DNA from: Candidatus Coprovivens sp.
GTDB taxonomy: Bacteria > Bacillota_I > Bacilli_A > RF39 > UBA660
Length of the DNA stretch: 64,000 nt
Assembly (NCBI GenBank): GCA_045654965.1
Contig: JAZOOK010000184.1
Span: forward strand, 2,111-66,110
Direction of reading: 5' to 3'
Part shown: positions 8,132 through 18,093 of the stretch, piece by piece
Position numbering within the stretch: the first letter of the stretch is position 1
How the letters are laid out: every line of letters begins with the position of its first letter
Notes under the pieces: generated by a model
Told to the model about the DNA's origin: nothing
Database searches by the model: none
The model's input: the letters and a program-made list of their open reading frames with translations, nothing else
Made by a program: the position numbers and the translations under genes

Positions 8132-10501
8132 TTAATTGCTTCTTAGTTTAGCTCCTACTTTTTCTTCTACTTCTTTAATAATTTTATTAAATACTTCCAT
8201 TACTTCATCATCTTGTAATGTTTTATTAGGATCTTTAAATACTAGTTTGTATGCTATTGATTTTTTACCTTCTTCAATATTTTCATATACGTCGAATACA
8301 TCAATAGTGTCTAGTAATCTTCCTCCAGATTTTTTAATTTGATTTTTAATAACTTCTGATTCTACATTGTTATCTATAACGAATGCTAGGTCTTTAGTTA
8401 TTTCTGGATATTTAGAAGCTTCTTTGAATTTTAATGGTTTAATTTGTTTATTGTATAGTTTAGTCATAGATAGTTCTGCTACATAGATTTCATCTTTCTT
8501 ATATGAAGGATGTACTCTACCGATAATACCTATTTCTTCTCTATCTAATAATATCTTAGCACTTATACCAGGATGTATTTCTGGTAGAGTTTCTGCTACG
8601 AATGTATATCTATTTTTGAATCCTAGATAATCTAGAATATTTTCTACTATACCTTTTAAGGTATAGAAGTCTGCTTTAACTACTGTATGTAAACATTCAT
8701 TTATTATGTAGTTACCTTTCATAAGAATAGATACTTTAACATCTTCGTTATAAGCTTTATCGTATGTTTTAGCTATTTCATAAATCATTATGTCTTTAAC
8801 GTTACGAGCTTTATTGTATTCATATACATTTATTAATGATGGTAGTAAAGATGTTCTTACTACTGATTTATCTAAACTCATTGGATTTGGAAGAACTACT
8901 TGTTCTTTTTCTTCATATCTAAATTTAGAAGCCATATCAGGACTTGTTAATGTATATGTTTTTGTTTCATTTAAACCTAGTGTTCTTAATCTCTTAGAGA
9001 TTGTTTTTCTTATACCAACGTCTCCTACGTATACACCACGTTTTACTGGTACTACTGGTAGAGTTGATTCTAAGTTTTCATATCCATATAGTCTTCCTAT
9101 TTCTTCTGCTATATCATTAACATTAGGATCTATATCTAATCTTCTTCTAGGTATTGTTACTTTGAATGTATCTTTGTTAAGTTCATAAGGGAACATTAAT
9201 CTATCTAATTCAGTTTCTACGTCTTTATCAGTTAATTCTAATCCTAATAATGTAGATACTTCCTTAGTTTTGAATTCTACTACTTTTTCAGTTTTATCTA
9301 TATTGTCATGAACTGCAGTACCTGATAATACTGTTGCGTTTGCATATTTTTCTAATAAGTAGCAAGCTCTTTTAATAGCTGCATCTGTATATTCAAATGA
9401 TAAGCCTTTACCATAACGGATAGATGCTTCACTACGTAGATCTAATCTTGATGATGTATATCTAATAGCTACTGAGTCGAAGATTGCACTTTCTATTAAG
9501 ATGTCTTTAGTATTATCATCTACGTCAGTATTTTCTCCACCCATTACACCTGCTATACATACTGGTTTTGTACCGTCTGTAATTACTATATCATTAGGTA
9601 CTAGTTCTCTTGTTTGACCATCTAGAGTTACTATTGTTTCTCCTTCGTTAGCTTGTCTTACTAAGATGTTGTTTCCTAATTTATTATAGTCGAAGAAATG
9701 TAGAGGTTGACCATATTCTAACATTACATAGTTAGAGATATCTACTACGTTGTTTATAGGTCTCATACATGCTGCTAACAGTCTTTTTTTGATGAATTCA
9801 GGAGATTCTTTTATTTCTACTCCTTTTACCATTTTAGCTGTATAGTATGGACATTTTTCTGTGTCAACTTTTAATGTAATATTGTTGTTAACATCTTCTG
9901 CTATTTCTGTATAGTTATCTTCTGGTAATGTAACTTTTTTATTTAATACGCTAGCTATTTCATATGCGAATCCAATATGGTAATAGCAGTCATTATTACG
10001 GTGTTTATGAACGTCTAATTCATATAGAGTATCATCAGTACCTAGAAGTAGGTTTGCGTCTGTACCAGGCTCTAAATCAGTATTTAGTTCTTCTATTCCT
10101 TTAGCATATGTTTCATCAGTTTTTTCTTCTAAACCTAATTCATATAAAGCACAAATCATTCCGTTAGATTCTTGTCCACGAATATTTCCTGCTTTTATTT
10201 CGAAGTCTCCAGGAAGTACACAACCAGGTAATGCAACTAGTACTTTAAGTCCTTTTCTTACGTTAGGAGCTCCACATACTATTTGAGTTGTTTTTTCTCC
10301 TACGTTAACTTGACATACATGTAAGTGATCACTATCTGGATGATCTATACATTCTAGTACTTCACCGATAACTAAGTGTTCTATACGACTATCTACAACT
10401 TTTTCTACGTTAACTCCACCTTTAGTAACTTTAACAGCTAATTCATGTAAGTCTTCGTTTTCTAAGTCAATATAATCTTTTACCCAATTTAAACTTATCA
10501 T
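8132..10501 (-). CDS. pheT: Phenylalanine--tRNA ligase beta subunit
   Basis: 789 aa; N-terminal tRNA-binding domain ([13 protein letters not shown]); B3/4, B5 and FDX-ACB architecture by length. Start overlaps the pheS stop. Confidence 0.9.
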   Translation of the reverse strand: MISLNWVKDYIDLENEDLHELAVKVTKGGVNVEKVVDSRIEHLVIGEVLECIDHPDSDHLHVCQVNVGEKTTQIVCGAPNVRKGLKVLVALPGCVLPGDFEIKAGNIRGQESNGMICALYELGLEEKTDETYAKGIEELNTDLEPGTDANLLLGTDDTLYELDVHKHRNNDCYYHIGFAYEIASVLNKKVTLPEDNYTEIAEDVNNNITLKVDTEKCPYYTAKMVKGVEIKESPEFIKKRLLAACMRPINNVVDISNYVMLEYGQPLHFFDYNKLGNNILVRQANEGETIVTLDGQTRELVPNDIVITDGTKPVCIAGVMGGENTDVDDNTKDILIESAIFDSVAIRYTSSRLDLRSEASIRYGKGLSFEYTDAAIKRACYLLEKYANATVLSGTAVHDNIDKTEKVVEFKTKEVSTLLGLELTDKDVETELDRLMFPYELNKDTFKVTIPRRRLDIDPNVNDIAEEIGRLYGYENLESTLPVVPVKRGVYVGDVGIRKTISKRLRTLGLNETKTYTLTSPDMASKFRYEEKEQVVLPNPMSLDKSVVRTSLLPSLINVYEYNKARNVKDIMIYEIAKTYDKAYNEDVKVSILMKGNYIINECLHTVVKADFYTLKGIVENILDYLGFKNRYTFVAETLPEIHPGISAKILLDREEIGIIGRVHPSYKKDEIYVAELSMTKLYNKQIKPLKFKEASKYPEITKDLAFVIDNNVESEVIKNQIKKSGGRLLDTIDVFDVYENIEEGKKSIAYKLVFKDPNKTLQDDEVMEVFNKIIKEVEEKVGAKLRSN

Positions 10502-11547
10502 TATTCCACTTCCCTTCTATCGAATGTTTTAGATTCTCTTAAATCTGTTTGATAGAATGTTCTGATATCGTTGATACCATATTTTAACATTGCTAGTCTT
10601 TCTGCACCAAATCCGAATGCGAATCCTGACCAAACTTTAGGATCATATCCACAGTTTCTTAATACGTTTGGATGAACCATACCTGCACCACTAACTGTTA
10701 TCCAACCAGTGTTTTTACATAATGGGCATCCTTTCCCTTTACATACGAAACATGAGATATCTGTTTCTACTGATGGTTCTGTAAATTGATAGTAACTTGG
10801 TCTGAATCTTGTTTTACAATCTTCTCCGAATAGTTTTTTAGCCAATGTATCGAATGTTCCTTTTAGGTCTGATAGACGAATGTCTTTGTCTACTAATAGT
10901 CCTTCTATTTGCATGAATTGATGAGAGTGAGTTGCATCATCTGCATCACGACGATATGTTTTACCAGGACAAATCATTCTAATTGGTGTATTTCCACCTG
11001 CAGCTAACATTGTTCTTGCTTGTACTGGTGAAGTTTGACTACGTAGTAGTATTGTTTCATCTTCAATATAGAATGTATCTTGCGCATCTCTAGCTGGATG
11101 TCCTTTTGGTATATTTAATAATTCGAAGTTATATCTATCTTCTTCTATTTCAGGACCATCTACTACATCATATCCCATTGACATGAATAGTTCTTCTACT
11201 TCTTCAATTATCTTTTCTAAGATATTTGGTGCTCCTACTGGAATAGCTGTAGCTGGTAAAGTAACGTCTATTTTTTCTGATGCTAATTTTTGATTTAAAG
11301 CTTCTTCTTCGTAGTATTTAATTTTAGCATCTATTGTAGATGTTAATTCTTGTTTAAGTTCATTTAGTAGCATACCAAATTCTCTTTTTTCTTCGCTACT
11401 TAGTTCTTTCATGTGTGAAGTTAATTCTTGAACTGGTCCTTTTTTTCCAAGGTATTCAACTTTAAGGTCATTAACTTCTTTAAGATTAGTAGTAGCTTCT
11501 AGTTTTTTTGCAACTTCAAGTTTTAAATTTTCTACTTTTTCTTTCAT
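10501..11547 (-). CDS. pheS: Phenylalanine--tRNA ligase alpha subunit
   Basis: Class II aaRS motifs ([30 protein letters not shown]). Start at MKEKVENL with RBS GGAGGT; the track ORF extends 21 codons into the T-box leader. Confidence 0.9.
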   Translation of the reverse strand: MKEKVENLKLEVAKKLEATTNLKEVNDLKVEYLGKKGPVQELTSHMKELSSEEKREFGMLLNELKQELTSTIDAKIKYYEEEALNQKLASEKIDVTLPATAIPVGAPNILEKIIEEVEELFMSMGYDVVDGPEIEEDRYNFELLNIPKGHPARDAQDTFYIEDETILLRSQTSPVQARTMLAAGGNTPIRMICPGKTYRRDADDATHSHQFMQIEGLLVDKDIRLSDLKGTFDTLAKKLFGEDCKTRFRPSYYQFTEPSVETDISCFVCKGKGCPLCKNTGWITVSGAGMVHPNVLRNCGYDPKVWSGFAFGFGAERLAMLKYGINDIRTFYQTDLRESKTFDRREVE

Positions 11548-11564
11548 ATTATTTACCTCCAATA

Positions 11565-11785
11565 AAAAAAATCTAAAACCAAGGGACGAAATTATATTCC
11601 GCGGTACCACCCTAATTCTAGAAATCTAGCTCTTTAGTATAGATATAACGCATCTATGTGCGGGTCTAACTCCAACGATGAATTTCATTATATTATTTAT
11701 CTTTAGATGCTTTCAGCCGGTGACATCTAATCTCTAAGTGAAGAACTTAATATAATTACTTGGTTCGTCTTCAACGTCTTACTGC
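11565..11785 (-). promoter_or_regulatory. T-box riboswitch leader (Phe specifier UUC) controlling pheST
   Basis: The minus-strand RNA contains the conserved T-box sequence AAUUAGGGUGGUACCGCGG, followed by a terminator hairpin and U-run just before the pheS RBS. A stem-I AGAGA element and a ...GAAAUUCAUC... specifier candidate are present. The promoter is TTGCAT-17-TAAAAT at plus-strand 11791-11819. Confidence 0.8.
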
Positions 11786-11814
11786 ATTGTATTTTAGCAT
11801 ATTTAGTCTTTTTA

Positions 11815-11842
11815 TGCAAATAAAAAGTACTTTTCAGTACTT
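11815..11842 (-). terminator. Terminator of the upstream HExxH gene
   Basis: Minus strand aAGTACTgaaaAGTACTttttattt immediately after the stop at 11843. Confidence 0.55.
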
Positions 11843-12901
11843 TTATCTTGAATATGCGTGTTGAGGTTGTTGTTGATTAACTTTAAATAGTTTTTTTACT
11901 TTTTGTAAACCGTTTTGAACACTCGTTTTTATTCTATTAAATGTATTGTTTCTAACTAGAGTTGTTTTCTTTCTTGATAAAGCTAAAGCTGTTAGTTTAT
12001 TTTCTCCAGCTTGTTGTTTAAATGATTCAACTCTATTAGGATCTGTTCCAAAGTTTCTTTCATATATGTTATATATCATTTTTGATAATTTTGTTTCAAG
12101 TGTAATAGCAGCTATGCTTTCTGGTACATATGATAATTCATATAATTTATCTAAGCCTTGGATTATTTCTTTTAATTCTGTTTGTGTGCAAAATTTACCA
12201 AGTTGTTGTAGAAATGCTGGTAAATTACAAGTAAAGTAGTAATGAGATATTACTTGAGGATTAGGAAAGAATCTTTCTAATAATTTTACTATTCTAACTA
12301 ATCTAGGATATGCTAATATTTGTCCGTTTGTAAATAGTCTTGAATTTAGTAATTCAGTAAATCCTTCGTTTAATCCAGTACAAATAATAGTATCACCTTT
12401 TTGTTGCATAAATCCGTGGTAATGGATGTCTTTTTGTCTATTGTACATATAACTAGCCATATGTAACATTTCATGACCTAGAATTGATTTGGTATTTTTT
12501 GCATATTTAATAATGTTTTCACTACCGTTATAGCAACCAGTTACTCCTGTTTTTTTTATTTCATCACTTTTTATTACTTTTAATGTTGAAAAGTTGTTTC
12601 TAGCAATTCTAATATCTTTACCTATTGATCTTTCCAATTGTTCCATGTATGTTTTTACAATTTCTTTATTGTTATAATCTATAGGTAAATTAGTTGGGAG
12701 TGAATTATAGCATGTTTCTATTTGTCTACTATCTGATATAACAAATCCTTGATCTGCATAATGATTAGAATGTTGTAATCTTACATTTATTTTTTGATTT
12801 GCTTTATATTGTCTGTATAAGGAAACTGTTCCACATGCACATAATATTGGTATTGTTGCTGGAAACATTATCATTACTAATCCTTGTATTGTATTGTTCA
12901 T
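11843..12901 (-). CDS. Membrane-anchored putative gluzincin-type zinc metallopeptidase (HEMLH...NEGFTE)
   Basis: 352 aa; N-terminal hydrophobic segment; HExxH (GHEMLHM) with a downstream GLNEGFTE, the candidate third zinc ligand. No close family recognised by eye. Confidence 0.4.
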   Translation of the reverse strand: MNNTIQGLVMIMFPATIPILCACGTVSLYRQYKANQKINVRLQHSNHYADQGFVISDSRQIETCYNSLPTNLPIDYNNKEIVKTYMEQLERSIGKDIRIARNNFSTLKVIKSDEIKKTGVTGCYNGSENIIKYAKNTKSILGHEMLHMASYMYNRQKDIHYHGFMQQKGDTIICTGLNEGFTELLNSRLFTNGQILAYPRLVRIVKLLERFFPNPQVISHYYFTCNLPAFLQQLGKFCTQTELKEIIQGLDKLYELSYVPESIAAITLETKLSKMIYNIYERNFGTDPNRVESFKQQAGENKLTALALSRKKTTLVRNNTFNRIKTSVQNGLQKVKKLFKVNQQQPQHAYSR

Positions 12902-12983
12902 ATATTCTCCCCCTTTTTAGTAAGGTTTTAGTATAACAAATATGATGTTAAATTACAATAAAAAAGGAATAGTTACTATTCCT

Positions 12984-13835
12984 TTATTTTTTACTAAATT
13001 CAACGATTTCTTTATAGATTAATTTTATTTGATTTTGTTCTTCTTCTTTGTAATTTATTAGTAGTTTATCAAGTTTTTCTTCTTCTTTTAATTTAGTATT
13101 TTTTAGTTCATTTTCGAAATTTGATATTACTAATTTAATACTATCTTCATCTGTTAGTCTTTCATATGAATTTATTTGCATTATTCCATATTTTGTTTCT
13201 TTTTTTGTTACAGCTCCTATATAAGCATTAATGCTTCTATATATCTTAGGAGTTTTAAAATCTTCATATATCATTATTGCATAAGTTAAGTTGTTTACTA
13301 AATTGTTTTTGCTTTTTATAATGTTTGAATATTTGTTTTTGAATTTTGCAAATTGCATTATTGTTTTTTCTGTTCTAATTTTAGCTGTTTTTGCTTTTTC
13401 TACGACAACTTTATTTTTAGTTGTTAAATTATATAAATATACAATATATATCAGTATTAGGAACCATATGAAACCTTTTATATCTTCTGGATTTGGTACT
13501 ACTGTTTCTACTTTTCCGATGAAATAGTTGTAGATAAATAAACTCAATCCAATACTAAGTATGTTTTCAATTATGAATGAGAATGCGCTTGATTCTTGTT
13601 GACGATTTATAATATTGGTAATATAGAAGTTTCTAATAAATATTTCAAATATTACTATTAGAAATATATTTTCTTTTACGCTAGGTATTAATGCTGATAC
13701 TACTATTATATAAATAGATGGTATTAACAATTGATTTATCTTTTTATTATCTTTGTTTTGAAAGCAATTTAAAATAATTGTTAATGGTATTGTTAATAGT
13801 ATTTGTAATATGATTGTTGTAAGTGTCATAAGCAT
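12984..13835 (-). CDS. Hypothetical polytopic membrane protein with charged cytoplasmic C-terminal domain
   Basis: 283 aa; 4-5 predicted TM helices in the N-terminal 150 aa; Lys/Glu-rich C-terminus. Confidence 0.45.
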   Translation of the reverse strand: MLMTLTTIILQILLTIPLTIILNCFQNKDNKKINQLLIPSIYIIVVSALIPSVKENIFLIVIFEIFIRNFYITNIINRQQESSAFSFIIENILSIGLSLFIYNYFIGKVETVVPNPEDIKGFIWFLILIYIVYLYNLTTKNKVVVEKAKTAKIRTEKTIMQFAKFKNKYSNIIKSKNNLVNNLTYAIMIYEDFKTPKIYRSINAYIGAVTKKETKYGIMQINSYERLTDEDSIKLVISNFENELKNTKLKEEEKLDKLLINYKEEEQNQIKLIYKEIVEFSKK

Positions 13836-13888
13836 TCTCCTTTACAAGGATTTATACTACTATAATTTACTTTAAAAGTCAATGAAAC

Positions 13889-13913
13889 AAAAAAAAGCAG
13901 AGAATCTCTGCTT
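13889..13913 (-). terminator. Terminator after the DUF1292 gene
   Basis: Minus strand AGCAGAGattCTCTGCTTTTTTTT directly after the stop. Confidence 0.65.
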
Positions 13914-14157
13914 ATAATTGTGATTTTAATATTCTAGTTAGAATAATAATTAATTCTGGATCTTTTACTCTATCAACGTATGTATCTTGACCGTCAATTA
14001 TTTCTTCTACTATAGCTACGTTAGTTGGGATGATATCCTTATTTTCGTCTACTCCCATTACTAGAAAATATTTAACTCCGCCATACATCGTTTCATTTAA
14101 AACTACATATTTTTCGTTATTTTCTAAACTGATTATTGTATTTGTTCTTAGACTCAT
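13912..14157 (-). CDS. DUF1292-family small protein
   Basis: 81 aa, IISLENNEKYVVLNE...KYFLVMGVDENKD...VAIVEEIIDGQD..., the pattern typical of DUF1292/YrzB-like proteins. Confidence 0.5.
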   Translation of the reverse strand: MSLRTNTIISLENNEKYVVLNETMYGGVKYFLVMGVDENKDIIPTNVAIVEEIIDGQDTYVDRVKDPELIIILTRILKSQL

Positions 14158-14168
14158 ATTATCATCTC

Positions 14169-16637
14169 CTATTGTACGTCTTTATTTTCTAGACCATTTA
14201 TATATTGGTCGAAATCATTTGCTAAATTTTCACTTGATGTATCATCAGAATTTGTATCATCTGTTTCTACATTGAATATTGTATCAATTGATAATTTTTT
14301 ATTTGTTGATGTAGTTTCAATTTCTTGTGGTGCTGGTGATGCAAACATTGCATCTATATCTAATGGTTGATTATCGTCGTTATCTTCCGATCTTGAATTA
14401 AAGATAATATCATCTATTTGTTGATCCAATGTTTCATCTTCTTCTTCAACTGCTTCTAGTGGCATTTCAACCGGTAAATCTTCTACTGTTGGAGTTAACG
14501 CTCCTGCTGTAAATGTGTCTGCCATATCTGTTGCCCCCTCTGCTGTTTCTGTTGATAAAGATTGTGGTTCAACCACTTCAACTGGAATTTCTTCAACTAT
14601 TGGAGTTGGTTCCTCAACTACTGGTATTTCTACTTCAACTGGTGTTTCTTCTACTACTGGAGTTGGTTCCTCAACTACTGGTATTTCTACTTCAACCGGT
14701 GTTTCTTCTACTACTGGAGTTGGTTCCTCAACTACTGGTATTTCTACTTCAATTGGAGCTTCTTCTACTACTGCAATTGGTTCTTCAATTACAGGTGTTT
14801 CTTCTTCAACCGTATCTTCTAAAGAATTTGTTATTACTTCATTAATAGATTCTTCAGGTTCTTTTATTTTTGATTCTTCTTTTTCTTTAGTAGTCGTTTT
14901 TTCTTTTTCTTCAATATTTTCGATTAATGATTGTAATTCAGCTTCTGCTTCTTGTTGTTTTGCAGATGAAGTAGATTCATCTTCAATATTTGTTTCTACT
15001 TCAGTTTCTTCTATTACCTTAATACCACGTTTTCCATCTTGTTTATTATCTTGATATTCTTCATAATCTTTTTTTACTATATTTGAAGTATTTTCAATTT
15101 GAGTTATATCTATATCTTTTATTAATTTAATATCTAATGCTTCTTCTAGTCGTTTAACTATTTCTAATGGTGTTTCAGGGAATTGGCGACGATGTTTAAT
15201 GTCGATAACTGTTTGTGCTAATTCTTTTAATGTATCTTTATCTTTATTTTTTGTACCTATATCAATTAGACCTGATTTTTTAGAAGTTAATCTGTTTTTT
15301 ATTGTTTCTATTTCTTTTTCGGCTAATTGAATGTTTTGGTATAATCTTTCACACTCATATTTAATAGTTCTTGTTGCTCTAGCTATATCATCTGATTCAT
15401 CTTTTCTAAATGCTGTTGCTATTTTTTCTGCTTCAATGATATCTATTCTTTTTTCATCCATAGCTGCTTTTATACTAGCTTTTGCTCCAACATTCATATC
15501 TGGAACTTCTTTATATGCTTTTTCATATTCACGAAGATCTTTTTTCATTGATTGAATCATTTCTTGGATAGATTGATTTTTAACCTCGTAATTATATTCT
15601 CTATCTCTATCAATAATATCTACTTTAGATTTTAATTCATTTAACTCTTGACTCCATAATGAAATACGTTCATTTAAGAATTCTATTCTAACTTTTTCTG
15701 GTGTGTTCGATTCTAGAATATTATAACTTTTTTGTTCAATTTCATTAGCAAATGTGTCACGAGCTTGTGTAGCTTTTAAAAGTTCTTCTTCCAATGCGTT
15801 ATCCGCTGGAACATTGATATAAGGAACTTTGATAACTGTATTTATTAGACTTAATAAGTAAGGTCTAGCATTTTCAATATCTTCTTTATCGTTTATTACA
15901 TCTTTTATTATTGATTCTATATATTTAGGATCTTTTCTTATTTCTTCTAATCTTATTACTGCTTTTTGAACTTTAGATTCTAGTTCAGCAATTCTTTTAT
16001 CTGTTTTTTCTCTTTTTGATTTATCTATGTAGTTTTCTCTATTCTCTAAGCTTGCTTGTGTTTCTGCTAGTAACTTTTTCTTTTTATCTATTTTATCTTC
16101 AATATTTGCGATTTCATTAGATACTTCAATAATTGCTTGTTGTACTCTTTCGTATGAATAATTGTGTTCTTCTAATTCATCTACCAATTGAGATATCTTT
16201 TCTGTTGTTTCTGCTATTAATCCGTTATAACGATCTATTACTTCATAATCAGTAGCCTCGTTAATACGTTCTTGCATGCTTGCAATGTATTTTTCTTGAC
16301 TTAATTTGTTTTCTCTTAATAAAGAATTACTTGCATATAAATTTTGTTCTTCTTCTTTAAGTTTATTAAGTTCTTTGTTTTTTTCTTTTAAAGTTGTTTT
16401 TAATGTTTGTAAATGTTTTTTTGTAATTATTTCGATGTTTCTGTCCGCCATTTCAGCGCTAGTATCATAACTTTCTTCTTCTGATAATGTTTTTATTTCT
16501 TCGATTTCTAGTTTGTACGCATCTACTTTTTCTATTATTTCTTCTTCTTCAATGCGTAATGATGGACCGTCACTTTTAGAACGACACATTTTTACTAATA
16601 CATCTAAATTCCAAAAAACTTTTAACTTATCGTCCAT
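14169..16637 (-). CDS. Large coiled-coil protein with Pro/Glu/Val-rich tandem repeats and acidic C-terminus
   Basis: 822 aa; heptad-rich, Lys/Glu-rich for ~600 aa; C-terminal third contains 3+ copies of the 19-aa unit VEEPTPVVEETPVEVEIPV; no TM segment. Confidence 0.6.
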   Translation of the reverse strand: MDDKLKVFWNLDVLVKMCRSKSDGPSLRIEEEEIIEKVDAYKLEIEEIKTLSEEESYDTSAEMADRNIEIITKKHLQTLKTTLKEKNKELNKLKEEEQNLYASNSLLRENKLSQEKYIASMQERINEATDYEVIDRYNGLIAETTEKISQLVDELEEHNYSYERVQQAIIEVSNEIANIEDKIDKKKKLLAETQASLENRENYIDKSKREKTDKRIAELESKVQKAVIRLEEIRKDPKYIESIIKDVINDKEDIENARPYLLSLINTVIKVPYINVPADNALEEELLKATQARDTFANEIEQKSYNILESNTPEKVRIEFLNERISLWSQELNELKSKVDIIDRDREYNYEVKNQSIQEMIQSMKKDLREYEKAYKEVPDMNVGAKASIKAAMDEKRIDIIEAEKIATAFRKDESDDIARATRTIKYECERLYQNIQLAEKEIETIKNRLTSKKSGLIDIGTKNKDKDTLKELAQTVIDIKHRRQFPETPLEIVKRLEEALDIKLIKDIDITQIENTSNIVKKDYEEYQDNKQDGKRGIKVIEETEVETNIEDESTSSAKQQEAEAELQSLIENIEEKEKTTTKEKEESKIKEPEESINEVITNSLEDTVEEETPVIEEPIAVVEEAPIEVEIPVVEEPTPVVEETPVEVEIPVVEEPTPVVEETPVEVEIPVVEEPTPIVEEIPVEVVEPQSLSTETAEGATDMADTFTAGALTPTVEDLPVEMPLEAVEEEDETLDQQIDDIIFNSRSEDNDDNQPLDIDAMFASPAPQEIETTSTNKKLSIDTIFNVETDDTNSDDTSSENLANDFDQYINGLENKDVQ
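14601..14771. repeat. Three near-perfect 57-bp tandem repeats inside the coiled-coil protein gene
   Basis: The unit tggagttggttcctcaactactggtatttctacttcaac(t/c)ggtgtttcttctactac starts at 14601, 14658 and 14715, with degenerate flanking copies. Confidence 0.8.
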
Positions 16638-16741
16638 AATTACACACCCTTATATTCTAGTCTAAGATAATAATAACATAAACAACTATTATTTTCAATA
16701 AAACTCTATGTTTTACATAAATTTACATTATCATTTTGAAT

Positions 16742-16770
16742 AATAAAAAAAGAACTATTAAACTAGTTCT
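16742..16770 (-). terminator. Terminator of the alpha operon after rplQ
   Basis: Hairpin AGAACTAttaaacTAGTTCT overlapping the stop, followed by a T-run on the minus strand. Confidence 0.6.
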
Positions 16771-17102
16771 AATTTTACAGTTAAAGCGTCGTCGCCAACT
16801 CTTTCTTTTAATTTTATGATTCTAGTGTATCCACCATTTCTAGTTTCATAACGTTTTGCTAATTCATCAAATAATTTAGCTACTACTTGAGTATCGTTAT
16901 TTAAGAAAGCTAATGCTTTTCTTCTAGAAACTAATGTACCCTTTTTACCATAAGTTACCATTTTATCAACGAATTTTCTTACTTCTTTAGCTCTTGCTTC
17001 AGTAGTAACAACTGATTCATTTAAGATAACATCTTTAGTTAAGCTAGCTAAAATACTTCTACGAATACTTTTTTCTCTATTTAATCTTCTATATTTTGCC
17101 AT
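16758..17102 (-). CDS. rplQ: 50S ribosomal protein L17
   Basis: Recognised sequence and last position in the alpha operon. Confidence 0.9.
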   Translation of the reverse strand: MAKYRRLNREKSIRRSILASLTKDVILNESVVTTEARAKEVRKFVDKMVTYGKKGTLVSRRKALAFLNNDTQVVAKLFDELAKRYETRNGGYTRIIKLKERVGDDALTVKLELV

Positions 17103-17126
17103 TAGAATGTACCTCCTTGTTTATTT

Positions 17127-18071
17127 TTAGTCGCGGAACTTAAGTCCCATTTCTTTAACTTTATCTATAACTTCTTTTAATGATTTTTTACCTAAGTTTC
17201 TAATTTTAGTAACTTCTACTTCTTTTTTAGAAATTAAGTCTTGAACTGTATTAATTCCAGCTCTCTTTAAACAGTTATAAGCACGTACTGAGAATTCAAT
17301 TTCTTCAATAGGTGTTTCTAAAGTTTTAGTTATTGTATCAACTTTCTTTTCAGCCATTAAGCCAGAAACGTCGCTGATTGAGTTTAAGTCAGTTAATATA
17401 TTGAAATGTTCAATTAAAATCTTAGCAGATAAAGCAACAGCTTCTTCTGGAGTAATTGAACCGTTTGTATAAACGTTCATAATTAATTTATCGAAGTTTT
17501 CGTTTTGTCCTACACGAGCACTTTCTACTTCGTAACTTACTCTTTCGATTGGAGAATATAATGAATCGATTGCGATTACACCAACTTTATTTTCCCCTAA
17601 TAATTTTTGGTTAGCTTTAGAATCTACATATCCTCTACCGTTACTTACTGTCATTTCCATTTCTAGTTTTCCACCTTTTACAAGGTTAGCGATAACTAGA
17701 TCAGGATTAATGATTTCGATATCAGCATCTTTTTCAATGTCACCAGCAGTTACAGCACCTTCTTTGTCTGCATATAATCTGATAACTTTATCATCTTCAG
17801 AATGGTTTTTAATAACGATGCTTTTTAGTGCTAAAACGATAGCAGTAACATCTTCTACTACACCATCAATTTTTTGGAATTCATGCATTACACCTTCAAT
17901 TTTTACTGAAGTAATTGCACTACCTGGTAATGATGATAACATAACTCTTCTTAAAGCGTTTCCAATAGTTGTACCAAAACCTCTTTCAAGTGGTTCTAGT
18001 TCGAATTTTCCATAGTGATTATTTTCTATGTATTCTGTAATTTTATATTCTGGTTTTTCAAATCTTAACAT
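17127..18071 (-). CDS. rpoA: DNA-directed RNA polymerase alpha subunit
   Basis: 314 aa; N-terminal assembly domain and C-terminal CTD (AYNCLKRAGI). Confidence 0.9.
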   Translation of the reverse strand: MLRFEKPEYKITEYIENNHYGKFELEPLERGFGTTIGNALRRVMLSSLPGSAITSVKIEGVMHEFQKIDGVVEDVTAIVLALKSIVIKNHSEDDKVIRLYADKEGAVTAGDIEKDADIEIINPDLVIANLVKGGKLEMEMTVSNGRGYVDSKANQKLLGENKVGVIAIDSLYSPIERVSYEVESARVGQNENFDKLIMNVYTNGSITPEEAVALSAKILIEHFNILTDLNSISDVSGLMAEKKVDTITKTLETPIEEIEFSVRAYNCLKRAGINTVQDLISKKEVEVTKIRNLGKKSLKEVIDKVKEMGLKFRD

Positions 18072-18093
18072 ATCCTTAAGTCCCCTCTTTCAA

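Noticed and set aside
8136-9188. Plus-strand ORFs (68 and 132 aa) inside pheT
   Set aside because: Antisense to a highly conserved housekeeping gene, with no start context.
11843-11866. Possible lipobox in the HExxH protein N-terminus (ILCAC)
   Set aside because: The n-region lacks positive charge and the -2 position is Cys. It is more consistent with a plain TM anchor.
14513-15054. Three overlapping plus-strand ORFs (110, 179, 86 aa) with Ser/Thr/Gly or Leu repeats
   Set aside because: They are antisense reading frames of the 57-bp tandem repeats in the 822-aa minus-strand gene. Their repetitiveness mirrors the sense repeats, and the minus-strand ORF is continuous and coiled-coil-like.
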